Virus record (IMG/VR): IMGVR_UViG_3300017613_000305
DNA from: a virus
DNA length: 31,708 nt
Strand: one strand, 5' to 3'
Numbering within the stretch: the stretch's first letter is position 1; every line of letters starts with the position of its first letter. Below the pieces are notes generated by a model. That model saw nothing but the letters and a program-made list of their open reading frames with translations, ran no database searches and was not told the DNA's origin. Both the position numbers and the translations under genes were made by a program. Positions 1 through 8,551 of this stretch are shown here, in pieces.

Positions 1-121
1 AACAATACCAACAAGCAAAGGATAGAGTATTGTTTGAGGGGTGGGAGGGTAAATCATACTGTGATTACCTTGTGATTAATGACAATCAAACAATAAGAAT
101 TAATGATGATTGTATTTATGT
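1..121. repeat. Left copy of the 121-bp exact direct terminal repeat (identical to 31588..31708)
   Basis: Read directly: the string aacaataccaacaagcaaagg...gattgtatttatgt occurs at both window ends. Confidence 0.95.
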
Positions 122-200
122 ATATCCTAACAGTGAGGCTATTATGGTTGAAACAATCGAGCAAGCAATTAACGCAGGAGTGAAACTAATAATTAAATAG
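1..200 (+). CDS. C-terminal part of a hypothetical protein (same ORF as 31347..31708, wrapping through the repeat)
   Basis: Frame with codon starts at 3,6,9... is open from position 1 to TAG 198-200 and is in phase with the ORF starting at ATG 31347. The joined product is about 146 aa. Confidence 0.7.
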   Translation, partial: QYQQAKDRVLFEGWEGKSYCDYLVINDNQTIRINDDCIYVYPNSEAIMVETIEQAINAGVKLIIK

Positions 201-247
201 ATTATGAAAGCACAAGGTTAAAGACTATTCTTAAAATGGTTAGGTTG

Positions 248-276
248 GGCGTACTGGAAACGGTGCGCCTTTTTTT
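248..276 (+). terminator. Rho-independent terminator ending the early operon
   Basis: Stem GGCGTAC(248-254)/GTGCGCC(263-269) with one G-T wobble, an 8-nt loop, then T7 (270-276). Confidence 0.7.
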
Positions 277-291
277 GTTCCGAAATAATTG

Positions 292-299
292 TATATTTG
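292..299 (+). promoter_or_regulatory. Bacteroidetes-type -7 box TATATTTG (TAnnTTTG)
   Basis: Exact consensus match just after the terminator and only 5 nt before ATG 305. Confidence 0.5.
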
Positions 300-304
300 T
301 TCAC

Positions 305-547
305 ATGATAGAGGAATATACATTAGCATTAAAGATATTTTTGTCTGCTTGGTTCGTTACTAACTTTGATCCCATCGTTGCGGTGGTGTATGTGATCGAA
401 CAAAAGCTACCCGAACGAATAGCACCGATACTGTACCCTATACAATGCTTTAAATGCCTTACCTTTTGGAGTACGTTAATAATCACACAAGACATTTGGG
501 TATCACTTGCATCATCTTTAATTGCATCGTTGTATGATGGAGATTAG
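305..547 (+). CDS. Small integral membrane protein (DUF1360-like CxxC..FW motif)
   Basis: 80 aa from the internal ATG of track ORF 236..547. Upstream codons overlap the terminator and promoter. Hydrophobic segments and the motif CFKCLTFWSTLI are present. Confidence 0.55.
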   Translation: MIEEYTLALKIFLSAWFVTNFDPIVAVVYVIEQKLPERIAPILYPIQCFKCLTFWSTLIITQDIWVSLASSLIASLYDGD

Positions 548-743
548 CCAATCAGATATCGAGGTGTTCGAAGCGTCCAAACAGGACACACTATATTCTA
601 AGGCATCACTTAAAAAGTTGGCACGATCTTACAACAAATATGTGGAACCAAAAGATGTGATTTCCTATTGTATGTGCAACAAGGTTCGACGAAAAATATA
701 TCACAACCTAATCATTGATTGGTATGCACAAAACAGCAATTGA
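534..743 (+). CDS. Hypothetical protein (69 aa)
   Basis: ATG 534 (or 537) overlaps the upstream stop by 14 nt. Composition is like neighbouring genes. Confidence 0.5.
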   Translation: MMEISQSDIEVFEASKQDTLYSKASLKKLARSYNKYVEPKDVISYCMCNKVRRKIYHNLIIDWYAQNSN

Positions 744-1227
744 TAAACAACTGCCAACGCTGTATCCTGCACTACTTGACACTTCCACCCGAATGTGTTA
801 CAAATACCGACGAACATACCCACCAGAGGAAGTGATTAATATCGCTTATCTATACATCATTAAGATCAAGCACAAGGTGGAAGACGATGACATGCTACGT
901 AGATACCTTACTGCAAAAATATGTCAGGAAATCGCATTAACACAGTCCGAAACCAACAGGAAACTAAACACCAGGCATTGCGATCTAAACGAAAACACAG
1001 CAATTGAATACGAACCATACAAAGACCCATACGAATACGAAGTAAAAGCACTAGACAAGTATCGTGAAGTTCCAGACCGTGTGAAGCGTAGAGTCTTCGA
1101 AGTGTATTTCGACAAAGGGGAAAACACATGCAGGAAAATGGCAAAGTATTTCAACATAGACACAAAGAGCGCGATGAACTTAATACGTGAAATGAAGGAA
1201 GACCTTCAACAAATAGCTGAACAATAA
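724..1227 (+). CDS. Sigma-70 region-4-like HTH protein (putative phage sigma factor or transcription regulator)
   Basis: The C-terminus ALDKYREVPDRVKRRVFEVYFDKGENTCRKMAKYFNIDTKSAMNLIREMKEDL fits the ECF sigma region-4 pattern (LP..R.VF......G.S..EIA..L.IS..TV). The first ATG is at 724; the track start 715 is TTG. Confidence 0.4.
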   Translation: MHKTAIDKQLPTLYPALLDTSTRMCYKYRRTYPPEEVINIAYLYIIKIKHKVEDDDMLRRYLTAKICQEIALTQSETNRKLNTRHCDLNENTAIEYEPYKDPYEYEVKALDKYREVPDRVKRRVFEVYFDKGENTCRKMAKYFNIDTKSAMNLIREMKEDLQQIAEQ

Positions 1228-1260
1228 CTATATTTATATAATTAACTAATAAACAAAGAC

Positions 1261-1626
1261 ATGGCAAAAGTATTTAAAGAAGAGTATCAAAACTGTACGG
1301 TAACAGTACGAACACAGTTTGGAAGAAAGGTAAACATAGACACTGCAACGGCAGACCCGAATGCATGGATCAAGCTTGAAGAATTTGCTTTCCTATTTGA
1401 AGACGAAGGTACACTAGCACCAAAGAAAGTGAAGAAAGCTGCACCAGTTGCGACGAAAACAACACCGACTGAAACACCAGAGGAAAAGCACGAAGAAATC
1501 GCTAAGGAAGTAGCAAAGGAAAACAGTGTTGAACTATCCGATCTATCACTAAAAGAACTAAGAGCAAAGTTTCCTGACATTAAAGACACATCGAAAGCTG
1601 GATTCTTAAAACAACTAGGACAATAG
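1261..1626 (+). CDS. Hypothetical protein with a C-terminal HeH/SAP-like motif
   Basis: 121 aa. The C-terminus LSDLSLKELRAKFPDIKDTSKAGFLKQL resembles HeH/SAP DNA-binding motifs, preceded by a K/E/T/P-rich linker. Confidence 0.5.
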   Translation: MAKVFKEEYQNCTVTVRTQFGRKVNIDTATADPNAWIKLEEFAFLFEDEGTLAPKKVKKAAPVATKTTPTETPEEKHEEIAKEVAKENSVELSDLSLKELRAKFPDIKDTSKAGFLKQLGQ

Positions 1627-1627
1627 T

Positions 1628-2053
1628 ATGCCTGTTCCTAATATTAAAAACGTCGATCACATGTTACAATTGTGGTCGGCGTATAAGGAGTCATTAACCG
1701 ACGAAGCAAAGAAGTGGGAACAAATACAATACGTAGGAAAGGACGGTGACAGAAGAACAGACTATCCCAAACTTCCACTAACACTAGAGGGTTTCAAGAC
1801 GTATTGCCACAATGAAAAGATAGGCTATATCCATCAGTACTTCGATAATAAAGACGAATTGTACAACGATTACGTGGTTGTCTGTACGCGCATACGTGAG
1901 GAAATACGCCACGACCAGATCACTGGAGGGTTGTTAGGGTTCTACAATTCAAGCATTACACAACGTCTTAACGGCTTAGTAGACAAGAAACAAACCGAAC
2001 ACAAAGGTGAACCTAGAGTGTTTAATTTACCCGACGACGACACAGAGGAATAA
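1628..2053 (+). CDS. terS: Terminase small subunit (gp3-type packaging protein)
   Basis: 141 aa immediately upstream of terL. The pattern PLTLEGF..Y.......Y....F......I...I....I.GGLLG......ITQRLNGLVDKKQ matches the P.T.EG...L...F.LKN.FGW.DK architecture of gp3-like small terminases. Confidence 0.65.
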   Translation: MPVPNIKNVDHMLQLWSAYKESLTDEAKKWEQIQYVGKDGDRRTDYPKLPLTLEGFKTYCHNEKIGYIHQYFDNKDELYNDYVVVCTRIREEIRHDQITGGLLGFYNSSITQRLNGLVDKKQTEHKGEPRVFNLPDDDTEE

Positions 2054-2113
2054 AAGGGTATCCACCGCGTGGAGTAAGTAGACTCACTCACTAATAATCA
2101 AGCACTTACAAAA

Positions 2114-3304
2114 ATGGCTTTTCAACTCACCACGGCAGTAGTTAAGATTCTAAGAATGAAAGCCCGTAAAAAGGTTATTCAAGGTTCAACATCATCTGGT
2201 AAGACATACGGGATAGTTCCGATAGTATACGACAAATGTCTGGCAAAGGATAGGATCAAAGCAACGATAACAGCGGAGACACTTAGCTCACTAAAAGATG
2301 GTGCTATCGACATCTTCAAGAACTTCATGATGGACGAAGGTCGCTGGGATGATAACCGCTGGAATGCCACAGACTTTGTGTACACACTTGGCAATGGTTC
2401 AAAGCTACAATTCAAGACATTCGACACAGTAGGAAAAGCGAAAGCAGCAGGTAAGCGTGATCTGTTATTTATCAATGAAGCGAACCATGTACCGTATGAT
2501 ATTGCCGATACTCTAATCATTCGATCTAAAGAAGTGTATTTGGACTTTAATGCAGATGAAGAATTCTGGGCGCATACCGAGGTGCTTACATCGCCAAACA
2601 GTGAGTTCTTAAAATTGACTTACCACGACAACGAAGCACTACCCAAAGAAACCTTGGAAGACTTAATGGAAAAGAAGCGCAAAGCAGACTTGGAAGAAGC
2701 AGCTGGTGTAAAGGGTTATTGGTGGAACTGGTGGCAAGTGTACGGACTTGGTGAAACAGGGCAACGACAAGAACTTGTATTTGCACCGTGGGAAATTCTC
2801 AAAGAAAAACCTGCACGATTCACTCGATACGTGTATGGTATAGATTTCGGATATCAACACCCCACGGCATTGATTAAAGTTTGGTATCACGAAGATGAAC
2901 GATACTTGGAGGAAGTGATATACAACCCTCTTTTAAGTTCACCTAAGTTATTGGACAAGATGGAAACCAAGAACGTATCAAGGGAAATCGAAATGATTGC
3001 AGACCATGCACGACCCGAAATGATCACCGACCTTCGAGACAAAGGATATTATGTACTGAATGCAGACAAATCTGTGGACGCTGGAATTGAAGATTTAAGA
3101 AAGTGTAAAGTGTACGTTGACGAAAAAGCCGTCAATATAATCCGAGAAAATAAGAAATACAAATACAAGAAGATCAACGGACTGATTACTGACACGATTC
3201 ACAAGATCAACGACGATGCAATGGATGCAGTGAGATACGCCAACAGGTGGATAAGTAAATACTCGGTCGACTCAATGGATGAAACTATCTCTATTAATCT
3301 TTAG
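2114..3304 (+). CDS. terL: Terminase large subunit
   Basis: 396 aa. Walker A is IQGSTSSGKTYG and the Walker B-like motif is DLLFINEA. The C-terminal RNaseH-like nuclease motifs are YGIDFG and NDDAMDAVRY. Confidence 0.9.
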   Translation: MAFQLTTAVVKILRMKARKKVIQGSTSSGKTYGIVPIVYDKCLAKDRIKATITAETLSSLKDGAIDIFKNFMMDEGRWDDNRWNATDFVYTLGNGSKLQFKTFDTVGKAKAAGKRDLLFINEANHVPYDIADTLIIRSKEVYLDFNADEEFWAHTEVLTSPNSEFLKLTYHDNEALPKETLEDLMEKKRKADLEEAAGVKGYWWNWWQVYGLGETGQRQELVFAPWEILKEKPARFTRYVYGIDFGYQHPTALIKVWYHEDERYLEEVIYNPLLSSPKLLDKMETKNVSREIEMIADHARPEMITDLRDKGYYVLNADKSVDAGIEDLRKCKVYVDEKAVNIIRENKKYKYKKINGLITDTIHKINDDAMDAVRYANRWISKYSVDSMDETISINL

Positions 3305-3336
3305 TTAACGACAAACGAACACCGTACTATACAAGT

Positions 3337-4758
3337 ATGGCAATAACACTTAAAGCAAAACCATTTGTAATATCACCAGCGTTCAACGAACTGCGTTTCA
3401 TATACGACAGCACGAATAAGAACAACACTGGATTCAAATATATCTTTGATATTTACGAAGCAGGAACAGCGACCAAGATAGCAGAGCGCAAGATATCACC
3501 ACAGTATTCAACAGGATATGGTGATCAAGATGTATCTAAGTTAATTCAAGGATTCTTGTCTGGTGATTTCACACCATCAAATTCGACGACATTCGACGCG
3601 ACGAAATCCTATTATAGTTATGATGTAAAGATCGGTGAAGAATATGTCGCCGAATATAATTATACATCTGCCTTAGTACAGAATGGTTCATACGTAAAGA
3701 TAACGGTCACACATGCCTTTGAAGTAGGTGATGCTGTTGTCATAGCACAAGATGATGGTGGAGCAGCCAACCCTGGTCTTGAAGGGCTGTTCGTTGTAAC
3801 GGCAATAAATGGAACGACAGACTTTACTATCAATTCGCTATGGTCAGAAGTAACGGACATAAACATTGATGGAACCGCAAAGTACAGCGATAATAGAAAG
3901 ACGATAACACGAGACATTACTACATCACTAGCAAACTTTGTCTTCAACGGTGCGTTTAGTTTCCTTAACTGGATAGCATACGACCAAGCACAATATGAAT
4001 TGACTGACTCGACGACGAAGATGTTAACCGACCTACCCGACGAATTCAGCATATTCGAAGGGCAAGACAATTGGGTGAACGTATTATCTGAAACAGACGC
4101 GACAAACTTCATGTACTTCGAAAACAGTACAGGCGATATATTTAAAAAGGCTATAACATCGGGTGGATTCATTGATCAGATTCTAGTCAGTGGTGAGGAC
4201 TTACAGGCAGGACTAACACTTGTCAGTGGTTCGGGTGATCTAGTTGAGGACGATGTGGAGTACTACCAGTTCTGGATGCAGACAAGTGCAACATTAGAAT
4301 TAACACAACGCTATCAATTCAATATAGATAAACGTTGCAAGATAAACGACTATCAACTGGCTTTCCGAGATCGTAAAGGTTCGATGTTGTCCTATGGTTT
4401 CCAATTGCACGATGTAGAAAGTGGAACGGTCAAACGAACGACATACAACAAGGAAGTGGTAGGTGCGATATCAAGCTCTAAATGGACATACGAAAGCCAT
4501 GAACGTGGAATGAAGCAGGTAGATATTACCAAGGACGAAACACTTACTTTAAGAAGTAACTATATCCGAACACAAGAAGACTTGGACTTGTTCGAACGCT
4601 TGGTAACTTCACCAGACGTATACATCAAGATCGGTGATGATTGGTTGGCTGTAACGGTACAGGATAATTCATACACTAATCCAAGACTAAGACAGAGCAG
4701 ATTACACAAGAAGGAAATCAAAGTCAAATTGGCAAATCAAGACATCATCAATGGCTAA
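3337..4758 (+). CDS. Virion structural protein (tail/baseplate-like, function unknown)
   Basis: 473-aa ORF that is beta-rich and N/T/S/D-rich. It is translationally coupled (8-nt overlap) to the 911-aa ORF. Confidence 0.45.
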   Translation: MAITLKAKPFVISPAFNELRFIYDSTNKNNTGFKYIFDIYEAGTATKIAERKISPQYSTGYGDQDVSKLIQGFLSGDFTPSNSTTFDATKSYYSYDVKIGEEYVAEYNYTSALVQNGSYVKITVTHAFEVGDAVVIAQDDGGAANPGLEGLFVVTAINGTTDFTINSLWSEVTDINIDGTAKYSDNRKTITRDITTSLANFVFNGAFSFLNWIAYDQAQYELTDSTTKMLTDLPDEFSIFEGQDNWVNVLSETDATNFMYFENSTGDIFKKAITSGGFIDQILVSGEDLQAGLTLVSGSGDLVEDDVEYYQFWMQTSATLELTQRYQFNIDKRCKINDYQLAFRDRKGSMLSYGFQLHDVESGTVKRTTYNKEVVGAISSSKWTYESHERGMKQVDITKDETLTLRSNYIRTQEDLDLFERLVTSPDVYIKIGDDWLAVTVQDNSYTNPRLRQSRLHKKEIKVKLANQDIING

Positions 4759-7486
4759 TAATACAACGGCATACATAAAGACTAGCAACGGCAACATCCA
4801 ACTAATTGAGGGTACAAGCTGTTCGTTGAATTTTGGTATAGCAGATATCCGTGATCTATCTAGTCGGGGTGGTACATTCTCGAAGCAATTGAATGCTGTG
4901 TGGAGTGATGAGAACCACAGGATACTTGGACAACTATTTGACATCAATGCAACAACGTTCGAATATAATTTCAATGAGCGTGTCGAATGTGAGGTGATAC
5001 AGAACGGTCTTGTGATAGTCTCGGATGCTTACTTGCAACTAATCGAGATAAACGAATCACAATCAACGAACGCACAACAAGCGAACGGTAGCTATTCAAT
5101 TCTTGTTAAGTCTGCACAACGCGACCTATTTGCCAAGATGGGATCAAAGGAATTAACGGACTTAGATTTCACATATCTCAATCACACCTATACAGCTGCA
5201 AACGTTGTTAGTTCATTTACGAACGACTACACCGATGGATATGTGTATCCGATGGGTATTAATGACACGGCAGACTTTTTGCTCACAGACTTTAGTCCAG
5301 CGATATATGTTAAACACTACTTCGACCAGATACATGCAACGAATGGATTTAGTTATGAAGTGCAAGATTGGGATGTGTTCGACAAACTCATTATACCATT
5401 CAACAATGATAAACCAGTAGTTGACAATACAGACTTTTTAGTTGAAGCGACGAAGAGTAGTTTTTCCAGTGGAGTGGGAGCGATAACAAACTGGACAGAG
5501 GTATCCGACAATGAAAGCCTATTCAATCCGACAACAGGAATATATGATGTACCTGTGTGCCTAACAGGTGGACAAGCGATAAATGCCAACATTGTAATTG
5601 ATTTCGACCTAGTACTAGATAATTCTTCTGGAGCAAATGCGTATCTAGTCGATATCCAAAACACTGCATATGATAGAAGTGTACGATACAAGGGATTCTT
5701 CCGAATACTAAAGAACGGAGTATTTTACATGGGTGGAAACTTTGTACCACCAACGAATGGAGGAACACAAGGACACGAATTCTTCGAAAGTGACACACCA
5801 GTATCAAATGGTGATACAATCATACTATCCGACAACAATACGATTAACGTACCAGCAGGAAACTTACTTCCAACGGATACGCTATCCTTTGAGATAATAG
5901 TCCAAGCACATGCAGGAAATGCACTCCCTGCGTTTATGAAGTGGAAGGATTCAGCACTATCAACTGCCAACGATGTAACGGTCACACCACGAATTGATAT
6001 AAACGATGTGACGATCAAATTAGAATTAACAGCCAATTCGATAGGGTACAACTCCGAACAGGATATGAACAACTATATACCGACGAAGATTAAACAAAAG
6101 AACTTCGTGAAATCGGTGTGTAACATGGCACAGTTAATGGCATATCCCGACCCCGACAATAGTAACAAAATAATATACCAACCTCGTGATGCATATTTAG
6201 ATGCAGGACAAGAAAAGGATTGGAGGGAAAAATTAATCAAGGACGAAAACCAATTGGTGCGGTTCTTACCGGAACTTGCTGCAAAGCGTAAAATCTTCAC
6301 GTACAAAGAAGATAAAGATGTGTACAACGTTTCCTATAAAGGAGCGACGAATGAGGTGTATGGTCAAGCTGAATTCATATTTGATACAGAGTTCAGACAA
6401 AACATTGAAACACTGGAGTTGGTTTTCTCACCTACACCAATGGCACAGATAGCAATCGGTGCGATAGTTCCAACATTCATTGGAGGTGCGCCAAATGTGA
6501 ACATTAGGATACTAATTCACAACGGTACGCAAGTATGTAATCAGTTCAATATATACGATTATGCATCAACAGGTTCGACAGGTGTCGTAGACTATCCGAT
6601 GGTAAGCCATTTCGATGATCATTACAATCCGACTGTTGACATCAATTTCGCTGTATGTGACTACTATTTCTATCAAGGCATAAACCTCACGAATAACAAC
6701 CTGTACAATTTACATTGGCGAAGAACAATGGCACAAATGAATAGTGGTAAGATGCTCACAGCCATGTTTGATTTGAGTGTTGCAGATATCGCCAATCTAA
6801 AGATGAACGATAAGGTGTACACAAAGAACGCTTGGTGGAACTTCAATAGGGTGATTGATTACAATGCTAATGGAAACCAAAACACGAAGGTTGAACTATT
6901 AAGCATCGACGACGAACTCGATCTACCTACAACCCGAAAAGCAGGACAACCAACTGACCTTCCTATTAGTACACCATCTGCACTTCCTTCTGGTTCGGAT
7001 AATCCAATCAAGGGATTACTAGAAGAACTATACACAGAAAACAACGTGAACCTATCCGATGGTGCTACAACGGTAAAAGGTACAGGTAATGTGATAGGGC
7101 AAAACGTTCGTGGATTCATCGTTGGTAACAACCAAATTATTGAAGAGTCGGGATATTGGATTAACGGTAAAAACATCGGTGATGGTTCGGACTTCTTCGA
7201 AGCGGTTGAATACTATTCTATCAATATTGATTCAGACTATACGGTTGACCCAACGGCACAAGCAGTGATTTATTTAACAGCAAGTGGCTTGACGATCACC
7301 TTACCAGACCCAGACGATTACACAGACACAAAGATATACATCAAGAACAAATCCACAGGATCAAACACAATAAGCGTTGAATTGGTTTCACCACCTGCAA
7401 CAATTGATGGAATGGCAACGGTGAAACTAAAGAAATTAGAATCATTAACACTTCATGCAAATGAAGGAATTTGGAGCATACTATGA
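4751..7486 (+). CDS. Large tail/baseplate or host-specificity protein
   Basis: 911 aa, the largest ORF in the genome, with N/T/S-rich beta-type composition. It lies between structural ORFs, with an ATGA overlap to the next gene. Confidence 0.5.
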   Translation: MANNTTAYIKTSNGNIQLIEGTSCSLNFGIADIRDLSSRGGTFSKQLNAVWSDENHRILGQLFDINATTFEYNFNERVECEVIQNGLVIVSDAYLQLIEINESQSTNAQQANGSYSILVKSAQRDLFAKMGSKELTDLDFTYLNHTYTAANVVSSFTNDYTDGYVYPMGINDTADFLLTDFSPAIYVKHYFDQIHATNGFSYEVQDWDVFDKLIIPFNNDKPVVDNTDFLVEATKSSFSSGVGAITNWTEVSDNESLFNPTTGIYDVPVCLTGGQAINANIVIDFDLVLDNSSGANAYLVDIQNTAYDRSVRYKGFFRILKNGVFYMGGNFVPPTNGGTQGHEFFESDTPVSNGDTIILSDNNTINVPAGNLLPTDTLSFEIIVQAHAGNALPAFMKWKDSALSTANDVTVTPRIDINDVTIKLELTANSIGYNSEQDMNNYIPTKIKQKNFVKSVCNMAQLMAYPDPDNSNKIIYQPRDAYLDAGQEKDWREKLIKDENQLVRFLPELAAKRKIFTYKEDKDVYNVSYKGATNEVYGQAEFIFDTEFRQNIETLELVFSPTPMAQIAIGAIVPTFIGGAPNVNIRILIHNGTQVCNQFNIYDYASTGSTGVVDYPMVSHFDDHYNPTVDINFAVCDYYFYQGINLTNNNLYNLHWRRTMAQMNSGKMLTAMFDLSVADIANLKMNDKVYTKNAWWNFNRVIDYNANGNQNTKVELLSIDDELDLPTTRKAGQPTDLPISTPSALPSGSDNPIKGLLEELYTENNVNLSDGATTVKGTGNVIGQNVRGFIVGNNQIIEESGYWINGKNIGDGSDFFEAVEYYSINIDSDYTVDPTAQAVIYLTASGLTITLPDPDDYTDTKIYIKNKSTGSNTISVELVSPPATIDGMATVKLKKLESLTLHANEGIWSIL

Positions 7487-8511
7487 CATACATATCAAAC
7501 AATAACTTCTTACTTGAAACTGCACGAAAAAACAATGCAGGTGTATCGCCGTATAATAAATTTGGATCAAATAGTGACATTGACACAGGAAGCGCACCAG
7601 AAGACATTTGTGGATACCCTGGGCTTTATACAGGCTTTGATGCAACGGCAGGTGAAGCAATAGGTGTAAGAAGCACAGGAGCAGGAAGTGGAAACGACAC
7701 AGGTTCACTAGTAACATCTGGAACATCAACAGGAGGAAGCGACACAACACTTGAAGATACAGGTACAAATTTTATTGTGGCTAGTGTTTCAGTTGGTGAT
7801 ATGATACTGAACGATACAGACCAATTCCACGGTGTAGTGACGGCAGTAACTAGTGCAACCGTTTTAACTGTTATCGCGTTTGATAATGGCGATGCAGAAA
7901 ATCCACCATCTTTTGAAACTGGCAAAACGTACAGGATCGTTCAACCATCTGGAAGTGGTGCATGTGTTGTAAAGGTAATAAAAGCCTTAGAAACTGATTA
8001 CGCAGAATACAAAAGTGAATATGTAATCATGAACGGTTCAACGGAAGTTGATACGGTTGGAACGGACTATATACGATGCTCACGTGCTAAGGTTGTTTTG
8101 TGGGGTAGTGGTGGAACAACGGATGGAACAATCGTTGGAAGACAAACCACAACCACGGCAAATGTATTTTGGGAAATCGAATCAGACCACGACCAAACAC
8201 TGGTTGCATGTGATACAATACCAGCAGGACACACGCTATACATAACAGGGATATCTGCAAAAATGGCAAGAGCAAACGGTTCGGCAGGTTCGGCAGAGGT
8301 GGATTTCAAAACCCGACAAGTAAACACCACAGGGTTCAACACTAAGATACACGAATACATAAGCCATGGTGCGCCCTTTGATCCTGCTATTGATTACATA
8401 TTAGCAGTCACACAATTCAGTGATTTCAAATGGTCGTGTAATGATGTAAGCGATAACAACACACAGATATCCGCACAGATTAACGGGTTTTTAGTAGCAA
8501 ATAATTCTTAA
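7483..8511 (+). CDS. Virion structural protein with a G/S/T-rich tract
   Basis: ATG 7483 overlaps the upstream TGA (ATGA); the track start 7471 is TTG. 342 aa, with the tract GAGSGNDTGSLVTSGTSTGGSDTT. Confidence 0.45.
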   Translation: MTYISNNNFLLETARKNNAGVSPYNKFGSNSDIDTGSAPEDICGYPGLYTGFDATAGEAIGVRSTGAGSGNDTGSLVTSGTSTGGSDTTLEDTGTNFIVASVSVGDMILNDTDQFHGVVTAVTSATVLTVIAFDNGDAENPPSFETGKTYRIVQPSGSGACVVKVIKALETDYAEYKSEYVIMNGSTEVDTVGTDYIRCSRAKVVLWGSGGTTDGTIVGRQTTTTANVFWEIESDHDQTLVACDTIPAGHTLYITGISAKMARANGSAGSAEVDFKTRQVNTTGFNTKIHEYISHGAPFDPAIDYILAVTQFSDFKWSCNDVSDNNTQISAQINGFLVANNS

Positions 8512-8551
8512 CAAATGGCGAACGTAGTAATAACAGCATTATTATAAACTC

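Noticed and set aside
236-304. The N-terminal extension of track ORF 236-547, and similar 5' extensions at 715, 7471, 12479, 14494, 15143(-), 17803, 22331, 27393, 29823 and 30128
   Set aside because: These extensions overlap terminators, promoters or the preceding gene, or begin at TTG/GTG codons. Internal ATGs placed at or just after the upstream stop (ATGA/TAATG coupling) give a tidier gene map.
2061-2073. Hairpin TCCAC-CGC-GTGGA between terS and terL, as a terminator or pac signal
   Set aside because: The stem is only 5 bp with a 3-nt loop and no T-tract, which is too weak to call. The pac site cannot be located from sequence alone.
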